Positions 36,480 to 46,764 of a DNA stretch of 64,000 nt are shown here, in pieces; within the stretch, counting starts at the first letter, position 1; the number at the start of each line of letters is the position of its first letter. The notes below the pieces were generated by a model. It ran no database searches and was not told the DNA's origin. It worked only from the letters and a program-made list of their open reading frames with translations. This DNA is from Patescibacteria group bacterium (GTDB taxonomy: Bacteria; Patescibacteriota; Patescibacteriia; Patescibacteriales; UBA12465): positions 165,883-229,882 of the forward strand of contig JBAZJK010000001.1 of the NCBI GenBank assembly GCA_041651355.1. The letters are read 5' to 3'. The translations under genes and the position numbers were made by a program.

Positions 36480-36504
36480 ATCTATTAAAAATTTATCAAT
36501 AAAT

Positions 36505-39414
36505 ATGCAGACTGAGCCAAAAAAGACGAATGATAATTCTTTTCCCAAGATGGAGGAACAAGTCCTTGATTTTTGGGCAAAGCATGACATTTTTAATAAA
36601 AGCTTGCACCAAGAATCGCCCCGAGGAGATTATGTTTTCTATGATGGCCCGCCTTTCGCTACCGGTACCCCCCATTACGGCCATATTGTGGCGAGCATCA
36701 TGAAAGATATTATCCCACGTTACGCCACCATGCGCGGCTATCACGTCGACCGCAAGTGGGGTTGGGATTGCCATGGCCTGCCGATCGAAAATATCGTCGA
36801 GAAAGAACTGGGCACCAAGACTAAGAAGGAAATTATCGATCTAGGCGTAGCTAAATTTAACGACCTCTGCCGTTCTAAGGTCTTAACTTATGTCGATGAA
36901 TGGAAGAAAGTCATCAGCCGCTTGGGCCGTTGGGCGGATATGGATAATGCCTATCGTACCATGGACTTAAGTTTCATGGATTCAATCTGGTGGGCCTTCA
37001 AGCAATTATGGGATAAAGGCTTGATCTATAAGGATTATCGTTCCATGCATATTTGTCCGCGCTGTGAGACGACCCTATCCCAGTCAGAGGTAGCCGAAGG
37101 CTATCGCGATATTAAGGATTTATCCTGTATCGCTAAATTTGAATTAAGCGACGAACCTGGAACCTATATCTTGGCTTGGACGACGACGCCTTGGACGCTA
37201 ATCGGCAACGTCGCCTTGGCGGTTGGCGGAGAAATCGAATATGTGAAAATAAAGCTCGGGTCAGAGTTTTATATTTTAGCCAAAGAACGTTTAGGCGATG
37301 TCTTAAAAGACGCTCAATTTGAAATTACTGAGGAACTGAAAGGCCAAGGCTTGGTCGGGCGTTCATATAAGCCTTTGTTCGATTATTATTTTAAGGATAA
37401 AAGTCTGGCTAATCACGAAAACGGCTGGAAGATATATGCGGCTGATTTTGTCACGACCACCGATGGCACCGGCGTCGTCCATATCGCCCCTGCTTTTGGC
37501 GAGGATGACATGAATCTAGGAAAAGCCTGCCAGTTGCCTTTCATCCAGCATGTCGGCATGGATGGGCTGTTTAAGGCAGAGGTTAAGGATTTTGCCGGTT
37601 TGCACGTTAAGCCCCTGGCCGACCACAGTTCGAGCGATGTGGAGATAATCAAGCATCTGGCGGCCCGTAATTTGTTATTCCATAAAGAAAAGTATGAGCA
37701 TAGCTATCCGCATTGCTGGCGTTGCGATACGCCGCTGATCAATTACGCTACTTCTTCCTGGTTTGTCAGCGTGACCAAGATTAAGGACCAGCTTTTGCAA
37801 AGCGCTCAGAATATAAATTGGTCGCCCAACTATATCAAAGAAGGCCGTTTTGGCAATTGGCTCGAAGGTGCGCGTGATTGGTCGATTTCCCGTCAGCGTT
37901 TCTGGGCTAGCGCTATCCCGATTTGGGAGTGTGAATGCGGTGAGCGCTTAGTCATCTCTTCGGTCGCGGAATTAGAAGCCAAGAGCGGGCAGAAGATTGA
38001 AGATATCCATAAAGATAAGGTCGATCCAATCACTTTCAAGTGTGAAAAATGCCAGGGAACCATCCAACGCATCCCGGATGTTTTGGATTGTTGGTTTGAA
38101 TCCGGCTCCATGCCTTTTGCCCAGCTTCACTATCCGGAAGAGAATAAGGCTAAGTTCGATCAGAACTTTCCTGCCCAGTTTATCGCTGAAGGCTTAGACC
38201 AGACACGTGCTTGGTTTTATTATCTCCATGTTATCGCTGGCGGGATATTTTCTTCACATTCCTACGCTAACGTCTTAGTAAATGGCATTGTCCAAGCCGA
38301 GGACGGTAAAAAGATGTCGAAGCGTTTACAGAATTATCCCGACCCGATGCTTGTCATGGAAAAATACGGAGCTGATGCCTTGCGCGCTTATCTCGCCGCT
38401 TCACCTGTCATGCAAGCCGAAAATATAAATTTCTCAGAAAGGGGAGTGGAAGAATCCTTGCGCAAGAATATCATGGTCTTATGGAACGTCTATCGTTTCT
38501 ATGAAATGTTTGCGGTTGATAAACAGGCAAAAGGAGTAAAAAGCACTAAGGCCTTAGACCTGTGGATCCTGGCTAAATTAAACCTTCTGGTTAAGGAAGT
38601 TACGGAAGCTTTGGAAGCATATAACCTGCCCAAGGCGGTCCGGCCGATAACCGAATTCATCGACGAATTGTCTACTTGGTATCTGCGCCGCAGCCGGGAT
38701 CGTTTTAAATCAGAAGATCAAGATGACAAGCAAGGCGCCTTAGCCACCACTCAATATGTTCTCTCGCAACTTTCTAAGTTAATGGCCCCCTTCATGCCTT
38801 TTATCGCTGAGAATCTATGGCAGAAGGTAAATGGCTACGATTTTAATGATCCTGAGCAATCGGTCCATCTGCAAACCTGGCCTGAATATCAAACGAGCGA
38901 CGCGGTTACGGGAAAAATATTATCCGAGATGGCAAGCGTCCGTGACATTTCCGCTTTAGGCCTAGCTAAGCGGGATGAGGCTGGCATTAAGATTAGGCAG
39001 AAGTTAAGCAAGGTTACAGTTAGCGGTGAAGTGGATCTAAGCGAGGAACTGATTCAAGTTATCAAAGATGAACTCAATATCGACGAAGTGATTATCCGTC
39101 CCGTCTCGGGTGCTCATTTGAAACTAGAGCTTGATACCGAGCTGACTCCGGAATTAAGGCGAGAAGGAATCAAGCGGGAGCTTATCCGTTTCATTAATCT
39201 TATGCGCAAAGAAAAGTCACTCAGCCTAAACGATCGCATTCAGATTTTGTATCAAGGCCCGGATGAACTCAGCCAAGACATTGAAGCGGCCAAGTCGGAA
39301 ATAATGAAAGAGACCTTGGCGGATAGTTTGGAACAAGGAGACTTCGAAGCCGCCGCCGGCAAGACTTTGAAGATCGAAGGACAGGCGATAAACTTATTTA
39401 TAAAAATAAATTAA
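36505..39414 (+). CDS. ileS: Isoleucyl-tRNA synthetase (type-2-like, no C-terminal Zn finger)
   Basis: FPKMEEQVLDFW N-terminus, HIGH-type motif PHYGH, KMSKR, and CP1 editing region. Confidence 0.97.
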   Translation: MQTEPKKTNDNSFPKMEEQVLDFWAKHDIFNKSLHQESPRGDYVFYDGPPFATGTPHYGHIVASIMKDIIPRYATMRGYHVDRKWGWDCHGLPIENIVEKELGTKTKKEIIDLGVAKFNDLCRSKVLTYVDEWKKVISRLGRWADMDNAYRTMDLSFMDSIWWAFKQLWDKGLIYKDYRSMHICPRCETTLSQSEVAEGYRDIKDLSCIAKFELSDEPGTYILAWTTTPWTLIGNVALAVGGEIEYVKIKLGSEFYILAKERLGDVLKDAQFEITEELKGQGLVGRSYKPLFDYYFKDKSLANHENGWKIYAADFVTTTDGTGVVHIAPAFGEDDMNLGKACQLPFIQHVGMDGLFKAEVKDFAGLHVKPLADHSSSDVEIIKHLAARNLLFHKEKYEHSYPHCWRCDTPLINYATSSWFVSVTKIKDQLLQSAQNINWSPNYIKEGRFGNWLEGARDWSISRQRFWASAIPIWECECGERLVISSVAELEAKSGQKIEDIHKDKVDPITFKCEKCQGTIQRIPDVLDCWFESGSMPFAQLHYPEENKAKFDQNFPAQFIAEGLDQTRAWFYYLHVIAGGIFSSHSYANVLVNGIVQAEDGKKMSKRLQNYPDPMLVMEKYGADALRAYLAASPVMQAENINFSERGVEESLRKNIMVLWNVYRFYEMFAVDKQAKGVKSTKALDLWILAKLNLLVKEVTEALEAYNLPKAVRPITEFIDELSTWYLRRSRDRFKSEDQDDKQGALATTQYVLSQLSKLMAPFMPFIAENLWQKVNGYDFNDPEQSVHLQTWPEYQTSDAVTGKILSEMASVRDISALGLAKRDEAGIKIRQKLSKVTVSGEVDLSEELIQVIKDELNIDEVIIRPVSGAHLKLELDTELTPELRREGIKRELIRFINLMRKEKSLSLNDRIQILYQGPDELSQDIEAAKSEIMKETLADSLEQGDFEAAAGKTLKIEGQAINLFIKIN

Positions 39415-39431
39415 TAATTAACAACAAAACT

Positions 39432-39989
39432 ATGACTACCTGGATCATCCTCGGCGTGATTGTCCTGATCGCTCTGATAATCATCGCCTTATATAACGGT
39501 CTAATCCGTTTAAAAAATCGTGTGGCCGAGGCCTATAGCGACATGGATGTGCAAATGAAGCGCCGTTATGATTTAATTCCCAATTTAGTCGAAACGGTTA
39601 AGGGCTACGCCGCCCATGAACGGGCCACCTTGGAAGCAGTGATTGCCGCTAGAAGCCAAGCGATGAATACTGGAGCTGAAGACGCGGAGAAAAAATTAGC
39701 TGCAGAGAACGCTTTGTCTTCTACCCTTAAATCCATCTTCGCTCTCGCGGAAAATTACCCCGATCTCAAAGCCAACCAGAATTTCTTAGAATTGCAAAGG
39801 GAATTGACCGACACGGAAGACAAGATCATGGCTGCCCGTCGGTTCTATAACACCAACGTCCGTGACTTCAACACCAAGCTACAAGTTTTTCCGACCAATA
39901 TTTTTGGCCGGATGTTAGGCTTCAGTGCTTTTAAGTTTTTTGAAGTAGCTGATGCCAAAGAAAAAGAGCCGGTAGCCGTTAAATTCTAG
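39432..39989 (+). CDS. lemA: LemA family protein
   Basis: N-terminal TM helix, then YNGLIRLKNRV...RRYDLIPNLVETVKGYAAHE. Confidence 0.9.
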   Translation: MTTWIILGVIVLIALIIIALYNGLIRLKNRVAEAYSDMDVQMKRRYDLIPNLVETVKGYAAHERATLEAVIAARSQAMNTGAEDAEKKLAAENALSSTLKSIFALAENYPDLKANQNFLELQRELTDTEDKIMAARRFYNTNVRDFNTKLQVFPTNIFGRMLGFSAFKFFEVADAKEKEPVAVKF

Positions 39990-40008
39990 GATTAGACGCT
40001 AAAACTAT

Positions 40009-40932
40009 ATGGCCTCCCTTTATACGCACAGCGCCGCTAATCGGCGTAAGACTTGGTGGCTGTTAGCCATCTTTCTGGTCGTCATCATCTTGATTGGCTA
40101 TGTTTTTAGCTATTCTTTCGGCGATTCCAATATCCTCTATGGAGCCCTAATCTTCAGCATCTTTTTCAGTTTTTTCAGCTATTGGTATAGCGACAAGATG
40201 GTTCTATCTATGAGCCGAGCCAAAGAAGTCGACCATGATAGCGCCCGCGAACTCTATCATATCGTGGAAAATCTTTGCATTACGGCGGGTCTGCCCGTAC
40301 CTAAAATCTATATTATCGATGACACGGCCCCGAATGCCTTCGCCACAGGTCGCAATCAAGAACATGCGGTGATCGCAGTTACTACCGGTTTGTTGCAAAA
40401 ATTAGACAAGGCCGAACTTGAAGGCGTCATCGCTCACGAACTTTCCCATATCGGCAATCGCGATATTCTCTTAGCCACCTTGGTCACCGTCTTGGTCGGG
40501 GTCGTTGTTTTAGTGGCTGACTATGGTCGCCGCTGGTCATTATTCGGTGGCGGTCGCCGTCAGAACGACAGGGAGGGCGGCGATCAGTTGGCTTTTATCT
40601 TGGGTTTAGTCGCCTTAGCTTTATCAGTCTTAGCCCCACTTTTCGCTTATCTGATGCAATTCGCTATCTCCCGCAAAAGGGAATTCCTAGCTGATGCTGA
40701 TGGCGCTCTCTTAACCAGATATCCGGAAGGTTTAGCGAGAGCTTTGGAAAAGATTGCTTCAGACCAAGAGCCCTTGGAAGTAGCTAACCGAGCCACCGCT
40801 CACTTATTTATCGCCTCTCCTTTTAAAGAAGATAGCCCCGCCCAGAAAAAGATCAGCTGGTTTACCAAGATGTTCATGACCCATCCGCCGATTGAGGAAA
40901 GGGTTAAGCGCCTAAGGGGAATGAATTCTTAA
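40009..40932 (+). CDS. htpX: HtpX-like M48 zinc metalloprotease
   Basis: HELSHIGNRD, a TM-rich body, and EFLADADGA. Confidence 0.9.
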   Translation: MASLYTHSAANRRKTWWLLAIFLVVIILIGYVFSYSFGDSNILYGALIFSIFFSFFSYWYSDKMVLSMSRAKEVDHDSARELYHIVENLCITAGLPVPKIYIIDDTAPNAFATGRNQEHAVIAVTTGLLQKLDKAELEGVIAHELSHIGNRDILLATLVTVLVGVVVLVADYGRRWSLFGGGRRQNDREGGDQLAFILGLVALALSVLAPLFAYLMQFAISRKREFLADADGALLTRYPEGLARALEKIASDQEPLEVANRATAHLFIASPFKEDSPAQKKISWFTKMFMTHPPIEERVKRLRGMNS

Positions 40933-40938
40933 ATATAT

Positions 40939-42171
40939 ATGCCTAAATTAGAGCTCCTCGCCCCAGCCGGCAACCTGGAAAAAATGAAGACAGCTTTTTT
41001 ATATGGCGCTGATGCGGTCTATTTAGGCATCCCGGATTTTTCTTTGCGCGTCAGGATTAATGATTTTAGCCTTAAAACCTTGGGCGAAGGGATAAAACTG
41101 GCCCACCAACTCAAGAAAAAAGTTTATGTTACCGTTAATATCTTTGCTCATAATAAGCATTTAAAGAAGTTGCCGCCTTATTTAAAACTCTTAGGCCGTT
41201 TGCAGGTTGACGCTTTAATTATTTCCGATCCCGGAATTATAGCTTTAGCTAAAAAATATTGTCCAAAAATTCCCATCCATCTTTCTACTCAGGCTAATTG
41301 CACCAACAAAGAGGCGGTAAAATTTTGGGCCGGGCAAGGGGTGAGGCGTATCATCTTGGGTCGGGAAGTGACTCTAGAAGAAATTAAAGAGATTAAGCGC
41401 TTTGTACCCAAGATGGAATTAGAATATTTCGTCCATGGGGCAATGTGCATGGCTTATTCCGGCCGTTGTTTCTTATCTAAGGAATTAGTTAATCGGAGCG
41501 CTAATTTAGGCGATTGTGCCCAGCCTTGCCGCTGGCCCTATGAAATTAATATCCGCCCGGAAAAGCATGATGAGAGTTTTGAGTTGGTCAGCGAAGAGCA
41601 CGGTTCCTACCTTTTAAACTCCAAGGATCTGTGTTTGATAAAATCTTTAGCTGATCTGGCCACCGCTGGAGTCAGCAGCTTCAAGATCGAAGGCCGGGCT
41701 AAAAGCATCTATTATTTAGCCATGGTGGTCGGGATATATAAGGCGGCGCTTTTAGAGATAAGGGCCGGGCGATCAAGACAGGCATCTTTTAAGAAGAAGA
41801 TTAATTATTTTTTTCAGGAGCTTAAAACCAAGATTGCTCATAGGGGTTATACTTCTGGGTTTTTACTGGGGGAGAAAGGGGAACAGAATGTTTTTGATTC
41901 CCATGCTAAGATCGCTTGGGAGTTTTGTGGGCAGACAATAGCCTGGGCAGATGGCTTGGCTTTAGTGAAGGTTCATAATACGATTTTAGTTGGGAAAAAC
42001 CTAGAGATTATTAAGCCGAACTATGATATAATAAAGGTGAAAGTCAAGGAAATGTTTGACGCCAATAGCCGGGAAAAGATTAAGGAGGCTCATGGTGGCG
42101 GCGGTGGCCAGCAGGTCGTGATCGCTTGCCCGGAAGTGCCGGCCGGTAGCGTCTGGCGCAGGCAGCTTTAA
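40939..42171 (+). CDS. Peptidase U32 family protein
   Basis: LELLAPAGNLEKMKTAFLYGADAVYLG and E..HGAMCMAYSGRCFLS. Confidence 0.9.
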   Translation: MPKLELLAPAGNLEKMKTAFLYGADAVYLGIPDFSLRVRINDFSLKTLGEGIKLAHQLKKKVYVTVNIFAHNKHLKKLPPYLKLLGRLQVDALIISDPGIIALAKKYCPKIPIHLSTQANCTNKEAVKFWAGQGVRRIILGREVTLEEIKEIKRFVPKMELEYFVHGAMCMAYSGRCFLSKELVNRSANLGDCAQPCRWPYEINIRPEKHDESFELVSEEHGSYLLNSKDLCLIKSLADLATAGVSSFKIEGRAKSIYYLAMVVGIYKAALLEIRAGRSRQASFKKKINYFFQELKTKIAHRGYTSGFLLGEKGEQNVFDSHAKIAWEFCGQTIAWADGLALVKVHNTILVGKNLEIIKPNYDIIKVKVKEMFDANSREKIKEAHGGGGGQQVVIACPEVPAGSVWRRQL

Positions 42172-42182
42172 ATTATTTTTTT

Positions 42183-42764
42183 ATGATTGCTTATCTTCAA
42201 GGACCGGTTATCAGTAAGAGCCTTAATCAGGCCATCATCTTAGTTAATGGCGTCGGCTATCTGGTTTTTATTAGTGAAGCTTTAGCCAGTGAACTTAAAC
42301 CAGGACAAGAAACGGAAATTTATACCTATCATGTCGTCAGGGAAGACGCTTCCGATTTGTATGGCTTTAAGAACCAGGAAGATTTAGAATTATTCGAATT
42401 GCTATTATCGGTTTCCGGGGTTGGACCGAAATCTGCTTTAGCGGTTTTAGCGATTGCTAGTGCTAGCGATATCAAGGAAGCGATTATCCGGGATAATGCC
42501 GATCTTTTAACCAAGGTCTCCGGCATCGGAAAGAAGACGGCGGAAAGGGTGGTTCTGGAGCTGAAGAACAAAGTAGCTAAATTGGGTGGCCGTCTCGATT
42601 TGAGTGCTGGTAGCGGCCTAGGAACCGGCGACGAGCTGGAAGCCTTGATGTCTTTGGGTTTTTCTTTGGCGCAGGCCCGTGAAGCTTTGAACGCGGTAGC
42701 CCCGGAAATAAAAGACAGCGGTGAGCGCTTGAAGGCCGCTTTAGCGAAATTAGCCCGCCAATAA
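42183..42764 (+). CDS. ruvA: Holliday junction branch-migration complex subunit RuvA
   Basis: MIAYLQGPV...NGVGYLVFIS, and HhH motifs LLSVSGVGPKSALAVL and VSGIGKKTAERV. Confidence 0.9.
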   Translation: MIAYLQGPVISKSLNQAIILVNGVGYLVFISEALASELKPGQETEIYTYHVVREDASDLYGFKNQEDLELFELLLSVSGVGPKSALAVLAIASASDIKEAIIRDNADLLTKVSGIGKKTAERVVLELKNKVAKLGGRLDLSAGSGLGTGDELEALMSLGFSLAQAREALNAVAPEIKDSGERLKAALAKLARQ

Positions 42765-42846
42765 GCGTTTATTTTGTTTAAAATTTGTCAATAAAATTAA
42801 CTTTACAGCCTGTAGTTTTTAAGTTAGGATAAAGAGATATAAATCT

Positions 42847-44283
42847 ATGGCCATTAACGAAAAAAGAACTATTACCAAACAAGCTGACGATTTTCCCGCC
42901 TGGTATCAGGATGTGGTAAAGGAGGCGGAATTAGCTGAGGTTTCGGAGGTGCGCGGTTGCGGCATTGTCCGGCCTTATGGCCTGAAAATTTGGGAGCTGA
43001 TCAAGGAAGAGTTGAGCCGTCGTTTTACAGCTGACGGGGTAGAGAATGTCTATTTTCCGGTCTTCGTCCCCTTAGAAAATTTAGAAGCAGAGAAGGACCA
43101 CGTCGAAGGCTTTTCACCGGAACTGGCGATTGTCACTCATGCCGGCGGTGAAGAGCTGACCAACAAGCTGGCGGTGCGGCCGACCAGCGAAGCGGCGATG
43201 TATAAAACCTATGCTAAGTGGATTCAGAGCTATAAGGACTTGCCTTTGCGTTTGAACCAATGGGCGAACGTCGTCCGTTGGGAAAAGAGGCCGCGCGCTT
43301 TCTTACGTTGGAGCGAATTTCTCTGGCAAGAGGGTCATACGGTTTTTGCTAGCGAAGATGAAGCGCGGGCAGAAGTCCGGAAGATGCTGGCTATCTATAA
43401 GGATCTGTATGAATATCTAGCTATCCCCGCTTTTTGCGGCCAGAAATCCGAAAGTGAGAAATTTGCCGGTGCTGTTAGCACCTTGACGGCTGAAGTGATG
43501 GCTAAAGATGGTAAAGCCATCCAAGGTGCTACCAGCCATTACCTAGGCACTAATTTCGCTAAAGTTTTTGAAGTTAAATATCTCGGAGCGGACGGCGAAT
43601 TCCATTTTGGCCACCAAAACAGCTGGGGTCTATCCTGGCGGGCGGTCGGAGCGGTCATCATGGTCCATGGCGATGACAACGGCTTGCGTTTGCCTCCGAA
43701 TATCGCCCCTATCCAGGTGGTACTGGTGCCGATCTATAAGGATGAAGCTAGCCGTCAGTCGGTCTTAGCCTATAGCGAGAAGATCGCCAAGACTTTGCAG
43801 AAAAAATATCGGGTTAAGATCGACAGCCGTGATTCCCAGACTCCGGGTTTTAAATTCAACTATTGGGAAGTGCGGGGCGTGCCAGTCCGTTTAGAAATCG
43901 GCCCGCAGGAAGCGGATGGTCAGAAAGTCACCGTCTTCCGCCGTGATAACAACACCAAGGAAAGCATCGCTCTCAGCGATTTGAATAAGCATCTAGCTAA
44001 GCTGATGAAAGATATCCATAAGAATCTGTATAGGCAAGCCTTCGATTTTTCCCGATCTCATATCCATCGCATCAAGGATTGGTCGGAAATCAAAGATCAA
44101 ACCGGCTGGTTCGAAGCGAGCTGGAGCGAAGATCCGGAAACCGAAAAGCAGCTGAAAGAAAAATACGGCATTGTTTCACGCGTCCTTTTGGACAAACAGG
44201 CAAATTCTAAGCCGCGCCATCAGAAATGCTTCATTAGCGGCCAAGACGCTAAACATGACTGGCTTTTTGCCAAATGCTATTAG
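42847..44283 (+). CDS. proS: Prolyl-tRNA synthetase, archaeal/eukaryote-like type
   Basis: 478 aa with no INS editing insertion. WYQDVVKEAELAE N-terminus, class II motifs and a C-terminal Y. Confidence 0.95.
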   Translation: MAINEKRTITKQADDFPAWYQDVVKEAELAEVSEVRGCGIVRPYGLKIWELIKEELSRRFTADGVENVYFPVFVPLENLEAEKDHVEGFSPELAIVTHAGGEELTNKLAVRPTSEAAMYKTYAKWIQSYKDLPLRLNQWANVVRWEKRPRAFLRWSEFLWQEGHTVFASEDEARAEVRKMLAIYKDLYEYLAIPAFCGQKSESEKFAGAVSTLTAEVMAKDGKAIQGATSHYLGTNFAKVFEVKYLGADGEFHFGHQNSWGLSWRAVGAVIMVHGDDNGLRLPPNIAPIQVVLVPIYKDEASRQSVLAYSEKIAKTLQKKYRVKIDSRDSQTPGFKFNYWEVRGVPVRLEIGPQEADGQKVTVFRRDNNTKESIALSDLNKHLAKLMKDIHKNLYRQAFDFSRSHIHRIKDWSEIKDQTGWFEASWSEDPETEKQLKEKYGIVSRVLLDKQANSKPRHQKCFISGQDAKHDWLFAKCY

Positions 44284-44306
44284 AGCCTTTCTTTTATTAG
44301 TTAATT

Positions 44307-45350
44307 ATGTTTAAAAAACTTTTAGGAAAATTCAGCCATGATTTAGGAATAGATTTAGGTACTAAGAATACCCTGGTTTATGTTAGCGATAAAGGCATCG
44401 TGGTCAACGAACCGAGCGTGGTGGCAATTAATAAGCGGACCCATGAAATTTTAGAAGTCGGCGAAGAAGCCCGGAAGATGGTTGGTAAGACCCCGGGCCA
44501 TATTGAAGCCATTAAGCCTTTGGTTGACGGCGTTATTTCTGATTTTGAGATTACCGAGAAGATGCTCAAGTATTTCATCAATAAAGTTCATAGCGAAAAT
44601 TTCGTTTTGGTTCCTCGTCCTCGAGTGGTCATCGGCATCCCGTTAGATCTGACTGAAGTGGAAAAGAAAGCGGTTGAAGATGCCGCTCGTTCTGCCGGTG
44701 CCCGCAAAGTCTATCTGATAGAAGAAGCTTTGGCGGCGGCGGTTGGGGCTCGTTTGCCGGTAACTGAAGCAACGGCCACCATGATCGTCGATATCGGCGG
44801 CGGGACGACCGAGATCGCCGTCATTTCTTTGTCCGGCGTGGTTGCCTGGAAATCATTGCGGGTCGCTGGTAATGAATTTGATAATAATATCATTGAATAT
44901 ATCCGTGAAGAATTTAACATCCTGATCGGCGAACAGCTGGCAGAAGAGATCAAAGTGAAGATCGGCTCCGCCGTGTCCATTAAAGAGCTGAAGGAAATCG
45001 AAGTTAGAGGCCGAGATCTTCTCAATGGCTTACCTAAGGCAGTGATTGTCACTGATTCCCAGATCCGGGGGGCGATTAGCCGGACAGTCAATAAGATCAT
45101 CGAGAACATCAAAATAATTTTAGAAACAACGCCGCCGGAATTGGTAGCGGATATCTATGAAAAAGGAATACATTTGTCGGGCGGCGGCGCTTTGTTGCGC
45201 GGTTTAGACCAGGCCATTTCCCAGGCGGCCAGGATTCCGGTTAAGATCGTCGACGATCCTTTGACCTGCGTCGCTCGCGGCACGGGTATCTTAATTAGTG
45301 ATAAAGAATTACTCGCTAAAGTAACTTCACCGCTCGAAAGCGAGCGTTAA
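44307..45350 (+). CDS. mreB: Rod-shape actin homolog MreB
   Basis: DLGIDLGTKNTLVY, DIGGGTTEIAVISL, GIHLSGGGALLRGLD. Confidence 0.95.
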   Translation: MFKKLLGKFSHDLGIDLGTKNTLVYVSDKGIVVNEPSVVAINKRTHEILEVGEEARKMVGKTPGHIEAIKPLVDGVISDFEITEKMLKYFINKVHSENFVLVPRPRVVIGIPLDLTEVEKKAVEDAARSAGARKVYLIEEALAAAVGARLPVTEATATMIVDIGGGTTEIAVISLSGVVAWKSLRVAGNEFDNNIIEYIREEFNILIGEQLAEEIKVKIGSAVSIKELKEIEVRGRDLLNGLPKAVIVTDSQIRGAISRTVNKIIENIKIILETTPPELVADIYEKGIHLSGGGALLRGLDQAISQAARIPVKIVDDPLTCVARGTGILISDKELLAKVTSPLESER

Positions 45351-45361
45351 AGCTGTCAGCT

Positions 45362-46174
45362 ATGTTGAGAATTTGGCAAAAACGAAAGTTGGTTTTGTTA
45401 GCGGTCGCTTTAGGGCTGCTAATTTTTTTTGGCCAGATCGGCTGGCTTGATCCGGTAGAAAATTTTTTAGTCCAAACCACGAATAAGCTGGCTAAAAGCG
45501 GGCATGACCTCAGTGTCCGTTGGGGCTTCGCCTACAGTGAACGCCGGCATCAAAAAAGCCTGGACTTGGATATTGCTAAGCTCGAAGCGGAAGTCGGGCG
45601 CTTAACGGCAGCTAATGCCAAGCTCCGGGAGCTCGAGGATGAAAATAACAAATTACGCAAGCAGCTTAATTTTTTTGCTTCAGAGAAATATAAATACGTC
45701 ATGGCCCACGTCGTGTCCCAGCCGGCTTTACTTGGCGCGGCTGAAGCCGAAAAGGATTTAGTGGTTGATAAAGGTAGCAAGGATGGCTTGCGCCCAGGTT
45801 TAGCGGTCGTTAATGAGGATGGCTTGATTATCGGCAAGATAACCGAAACCAAGGATCGCTTGTCTCGCGCCTGTCTGATTACTAATTATAATTGTCGCCT
45901 AGCGGCCACGGTCCAGAACCAGACTAGGACAGTGGGGCTAACCGACGGCAATCTCGGCTTAACCATCAAGATGAGCTTTATTCCCCAAAGCGAGAAAATT
46001 AATCTGGGCGATACGGTCATAACCTCCGGTTTAGGTGGCAGCATTCCTAGGGGTCTAGTTATCGGCAAAGTCATCCAGGTTGATAATCGCAGTAATGAAA
46101 TCTGGCAAGAGCTTAACATCGAACCTTTACTTAATTTGGACAACCTAACGATGGTGGCAGTGATCACCCCCTAA
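45362..46174 (+). CDS. mreC: Rod-shape protein MreC
   Basis: N-terminal TM helix, a coiled coil, DKGSKDGLRPGLAVVNEDGLIGKI, and position after mreB. Confidence 0.85.
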   Translation: MLRIWQKRKLVLLAVALGLLIFFGQIGWLDPVENFLVQTTNKLAKSGHDLSVRWGFAYSERRHQKSLDLDIAKLEAEVGRLTAANAKLRELEDENNKLRKQLNFFASEKYKYVMAHVVSQPALLGAAEAEKDLVVDKGSKDGLRPGLAVVNEDGLIIGKITETKDRLSRACLITNYNCRLAATVQNQTRTVGLTDGNLGLTIKMSFIPQSEKINLGDTVITSGLGGSIPRGLVIGKVIQVDNRSNEIWQELNIEPLLNLDNLTMVAVITP

Positions 46175-46178
46175 GCTT

Positions 46179-46721
46179 ATGAGACGCCGCCTGGTCATCG
46201 CTTTAATTTTTTTCCTGTCTGCCTGGCTGATTTCCATCCTGCAGCTTTCTTTTTTAGATTCTTTGCCTGGCGTCTGGAGCCAGATTAATCTAGTCTTCCT
46301 GGCCTTGAGTTTCGTCCTATTCTTTTTAGATTTGAATAACGCCCTGGTGTTTGCTCTCATGCTCGGGCTATTTTTGGATTTTTTTTCTTTCAATCCTTTC
46401 GGTTTCAATCTTAGCCTGGCTCTGCTATCCGTTTTAGTCTTGAATCTTTTGCTAGTGAATTGGTTGACCAATCGTTCCTTCTATTCTTTAGTGGTACTGA
46501 GCGCCGTCGCTATCGTAGTCAGCCGGATCTTAGGTGCTTTGATACTGATGTTTGCCTCGGCCTGGGGGCCGGATAAGGCGGTTTTTGTTTTTTTACATTG
46601 GTTTTGGTGGCGCCAGATGCTCTGGCAGGTATTAGCCAGCTTCGTCTTAACCCTATTATTTTTCAACTTGATGAATATGCTCAGCTATCGTTTGAAGCCT
46701 TTTTTCTTGGCTAAAAAATGA
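46179..46721 (+). CDS. mreD: Probable MreD (polytopic membrane protein)
   Basis: 180 aa, 5-6 TM helices, positioned immediately after mreC. Confidence 0.6.
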   Translation: MRRRLVIALIFFLSAWLISILQLSFLDSLPGVWSQINLVFLALSFVLFFLDLNNALVFALMLGLFLDFFSFNPFGFNLSLALLSVLVLNLLLVNWLTNRSFYSLVVLSAVAIVVSRILGALILMFASAWGPDKAVFVFLHWFWWRQMLWQVLASFVLTLLFFNLMNMLSYRLKPFFLAKK

Positions 46722-46764
46722 AATTTGTGTATGATGATAAAAGCTAAATAAAGATTAAAATATT

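Noticed and set aside
36246-36504. T-box riboswitch as an explanation for the structured ileS upstream region.
   Set aside because: I found no T-box consensus (AANNNGGGTGGNACCGCG-like) and no recognisable specifier-loop architecture. The region is AT-rich and carries a strong minus-strand promoter instead.
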